Of a stretch of 32,000 bases of DNA, positions 30,209-32,000 are shown one piece after another; position 1 is the stretch's first letter, and each line of letters opens with the position of its first letter. The DNA lies in NCBI GenBank assembly GCA_000175855.1, contig ACYB01000042.1, forward strand, positions 240,368 through 272,367, given 5' to 3'. The notes under the pieces were generated by a model. That model searched no databases. It saw only the letters and a list, made by a program, of their open reading frames with translations, and was not told the DNA's origin. This stretch comes from Raphidiopsis brookii D9 (lineage in GTDB: Bacteria; Cyanobacteriota; Cyanobacteriia; Cyanobacteriales; Nostocaceae). The position numbers were made by a program, and so were the translations under genes.

Positions 30209-30910
30209 GTGATGATGATTTTAATCATCTTTATGTCTTTAATTTTATCCGGTTGTGTAGAATACAACCTGGGTATTAATTTTCATGACACTAATAATGC
30301 TGAATGGGTACAACACATTCGGATTGCTGAAAACTTGACCAGTTTCAGCAGTGATTATTTACGGGAGTGGTTTAATGCTTTATCTCGACGCGTTACCAAC
30401 ATAGGGGGTTCCACTAAATATATTTCTCCTGGTGAACTAATGGTGAGAATACCTTTTACTCATGGTCAGGAACTAAAGGAGAAATTGGCCAGTTTTTATC
30501 CACGCTCCCTACAAAACTCTCTCCATGAACCAATCAATATTACTTCCAACATAACTCTAAAAGAAAATAACTTTTTGTTCCTATCCAGAAATAATTTAAT
30601 TTATCAATTAGATTTGCGCTCTTTAGCAGGAGTGGTCGCACAGCAAAACAGTTCGGATACAACTCAAATTCCCCTCTTCAACATAGACTTTACCCTGAAA
30701 ACACCCTGGGGAATCAAGAATATTAATTCCACGGTAAAACCTCTCCCACCAGAAACAAATAACCGACAAACAACATGGCAAATGCAACTGGGAGAGTTAA
30801 ATCAAATAGAGGTAGTGTTTTGGCTCCCCAATATGCTTAGTATTGGAGCTTTGATAATTATTATTTTAGTTTGGTGCGGTTACTACTTGAAATATTCCAG
30901 GTTAAGTTAA
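30209..30910 (+). CDS. DUF3153-like lipoprotein
   Basis: Lipobox LILSGC, VEYNLGINFHDTNNAEWVQHIRIAE, and a C-terminal TM helix; typical of a cyanobacterial family. Confidence 0.7.
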   Translation: MMMILIIFMSLILSGCVEYNLGINFHDTNNAEWVQHIRIAENLTSFSSDYLREWFNALSRRVTNIGGSTKYISPGELMVRIPFTHGQELKEKLASFYPRSLQNSLHEPINITSNITLKENNFLFLSRNNLIYQLDLRSLAGVVAQQNSSDTTQIPLFNIDFTLKTPWGIKNINSTVKPLPPETNNRQTTWQMQLGELNQIEVVFWLPNMLSIGALIIIILVWCGYYLKYSRLS

Positions 30911-31049
30911 GTAAGTCGGCTCATAATTCTGAGATTTATTATTATAATTACTCATGGTGTTTTTTAAACTTTTACCATCAATTGCAATCCAATCTTCTTT
31001 ACAGCAACACATTTAATTGTGAATTCTGTTGACGCATAATACAGTGAGT

Positions 31050-31072
31050 GCGAGTGCTTCGCAATCGCACTT
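31050..31072. repeat. Imperfect palindrome GTGCGAGTGCTTCGCAATCGCAC
   Basis: Inverted GTGCGA/TCGCAC plus TGC/GCA around TTC, with one internal mismatch. Confidence 0.6.
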
Positions 31073-31095
31073 GCGAGATCCCACTGTACTCACAC

Positions 31096-31111
31096 CCGGG
31101 CGATCGCCCGG
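31096..31111. repeat. Perfect 16-bp palindrome containing an HIP1 octamer (CCGGGCGATCGCCCGG)
   Basis: Read directly from the sequence; self-complementary. Confidence 0.9.
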
Positions 31112-31192
31112 TGAATTATACCAGCAAAAAACCATCTATCTAAACACAGAAAAGCTTATAAGAGAGATTAAAAAAATCTTAACATCCCAATA

Positions 31193-32000
31193 TCATTGCT
31201 CCTGATTTTTTATTTGGTTGACACCCAATTGAGACAGAATAATTGCCAAGCGCTCCAGAGTCTCTGGTGAAAGTCCTTCTAAGAGGTCCTGAAGAGAATA
31301 TTGCTTTAACACCTCTTTTGGAGAATATTGCTTGATCTCTTCCGGAGAATATTGCTTTAACACCTCTTCAGTCGGTATATCTCTCAAGTGATTTATTACA
31401 AAATCTTTTTTAAATTGCTCTAATGTATATGTCATTGGTAGTTTCTCCTTTAAGTAAAACTCATATAGTTGCTGCATTAACACGCTATGCTCGCTATTGA
31501 GGTAAATTTCTTGATAATGGCTAATCGCTTCTTCTACCACTTCTGCTTTTGCACTAAACAGTCTCCACAACTCATTATTGGCACTTTTAGGTATTTTAGA
31601 AAGCACTATCAGTCTAACGTTCATACCAACACATTCTATATCATAAACCCCTTGACTGACACCTTTCCATTTTAATTTCCCCATTAATTGGGTCGGTTCG
31701 TGGGTTGTTAATCCATAAAGTTTGTAGTCCTCCTCTGGTAGCAGATTCGACAAAGATTTACTTGTTTGCTTCCGATAATTGACATAGTGTCCTATTAATT
31801 CCATTAGTGACCAAACCGTGAATGATTCATGGATGGACTTATAGCTGATTAGGTTGTGTTTAGACATGTTTTCTAAACCTGCTGGATACAGATTGAATCC
31901 GCTGTCTTTATATCTCTTAATGATTATGACGTCTAGCAGTTGTTTTCTGATGGTTAGATCCTTTTCTACTTCCACCTCATAAGGGCTACCATAGAAGTGA
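31193..32000 (-). CDS. Rpn/PD-(D/E)XK-like nuclease-transposase family protein, 5' end beyond the right edge of the window
   Basis: The minus-strand frame stays open from 31975 to the window edge (HFYGSPYEVEVEKDLTIRKQLLDVIIIKR...). C-terminal repeats EEVLKQYSP/EEIKQYSP/KEVLKQYSL and a coiled tail resemble cyanobacterial Rpn-like proteins. The family call is from memory. Confidence 0.5.
   Translation of the reverse strand, partial: HFYGSPYEVEVEKDLTIRKQLLDVIIIKRYKDSGFNLYPAGLENMSKHNLISYKSIHESFTVWSLMELIGHYVNYRKQTSKSLSNLLPEEDYKLYGLTTHEPTQLMGKLKWKGVSQGVYDIECVGMNVRLIVLSKIPKSANNELWRLFSAKAEVVEEAISHYQEIYLNSEHSVLMQQLYEFYLKEKLPMTYTLEQFKKDFVINHLRDIPTEEVLKQYSPEEIKQYSPKEVLKQYSLQDLLEGLSPETLERLAIILSQLGVNQIKNQEQ

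Noticed and set aside
31040-31120. Possible tRNA gene in the palindromic region
   Set aside because: No T-loop GTTCRANYC, cloverleaf or anticodon arm could be assembled from the sequence.
31193-31400. Possible CRISPR-like array from the three GAGAATATTGCTT copies
   Set aside because: Units are adjacent coding repeats of 24-27 bp without unique spacers of constant length, and they lie within an open reading frame.

Overview
The window looks like cyanobacterial chromosome, probably a heterocystous/Raphidiopsis–Cylindrospermopsis-like genome (genus is inference). It is mostly conserved housekeeping sequence: ureDABC, an aldehyde dehydrogenase, rpmF (missed by the ORF track), a membrane-anchored caspase-fold protein, a Mo-nitro_C family protein, RNase J, dapA, asd, tig, clpP, clpX, an alpha/beta hydrolase, two tandem DUF29 genes, a LivK-like binding lipoprotein, sbcC, a Ycf46-like AAA ATPase, a Bax-inhibitor/YccA protein, prfB, aroK, argB, a TPR protein, a DUF3153 lipoprotein and an Rpn-like gene running off the right edge. 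I saw no CRISPR array, rRNA, recognisable tRNA or complete insertion sequence. The strongest observations are: (1) a caspase-homologue whose catalytic His and Cys both appear substituted; (2) a canonical prfB programmed +1 frameshift; (3) six single-base frame breaks in five genes, most at short homopolymers, which look like sequencing or assembly indels and change the annotation of ALDH, the caspase gene, clpX, an SH3-like gene and aroK; (4) a tandem DUF29 pair containing a 130-bp perfectly identical core. I did not find convincing evidence for a new multigene system.
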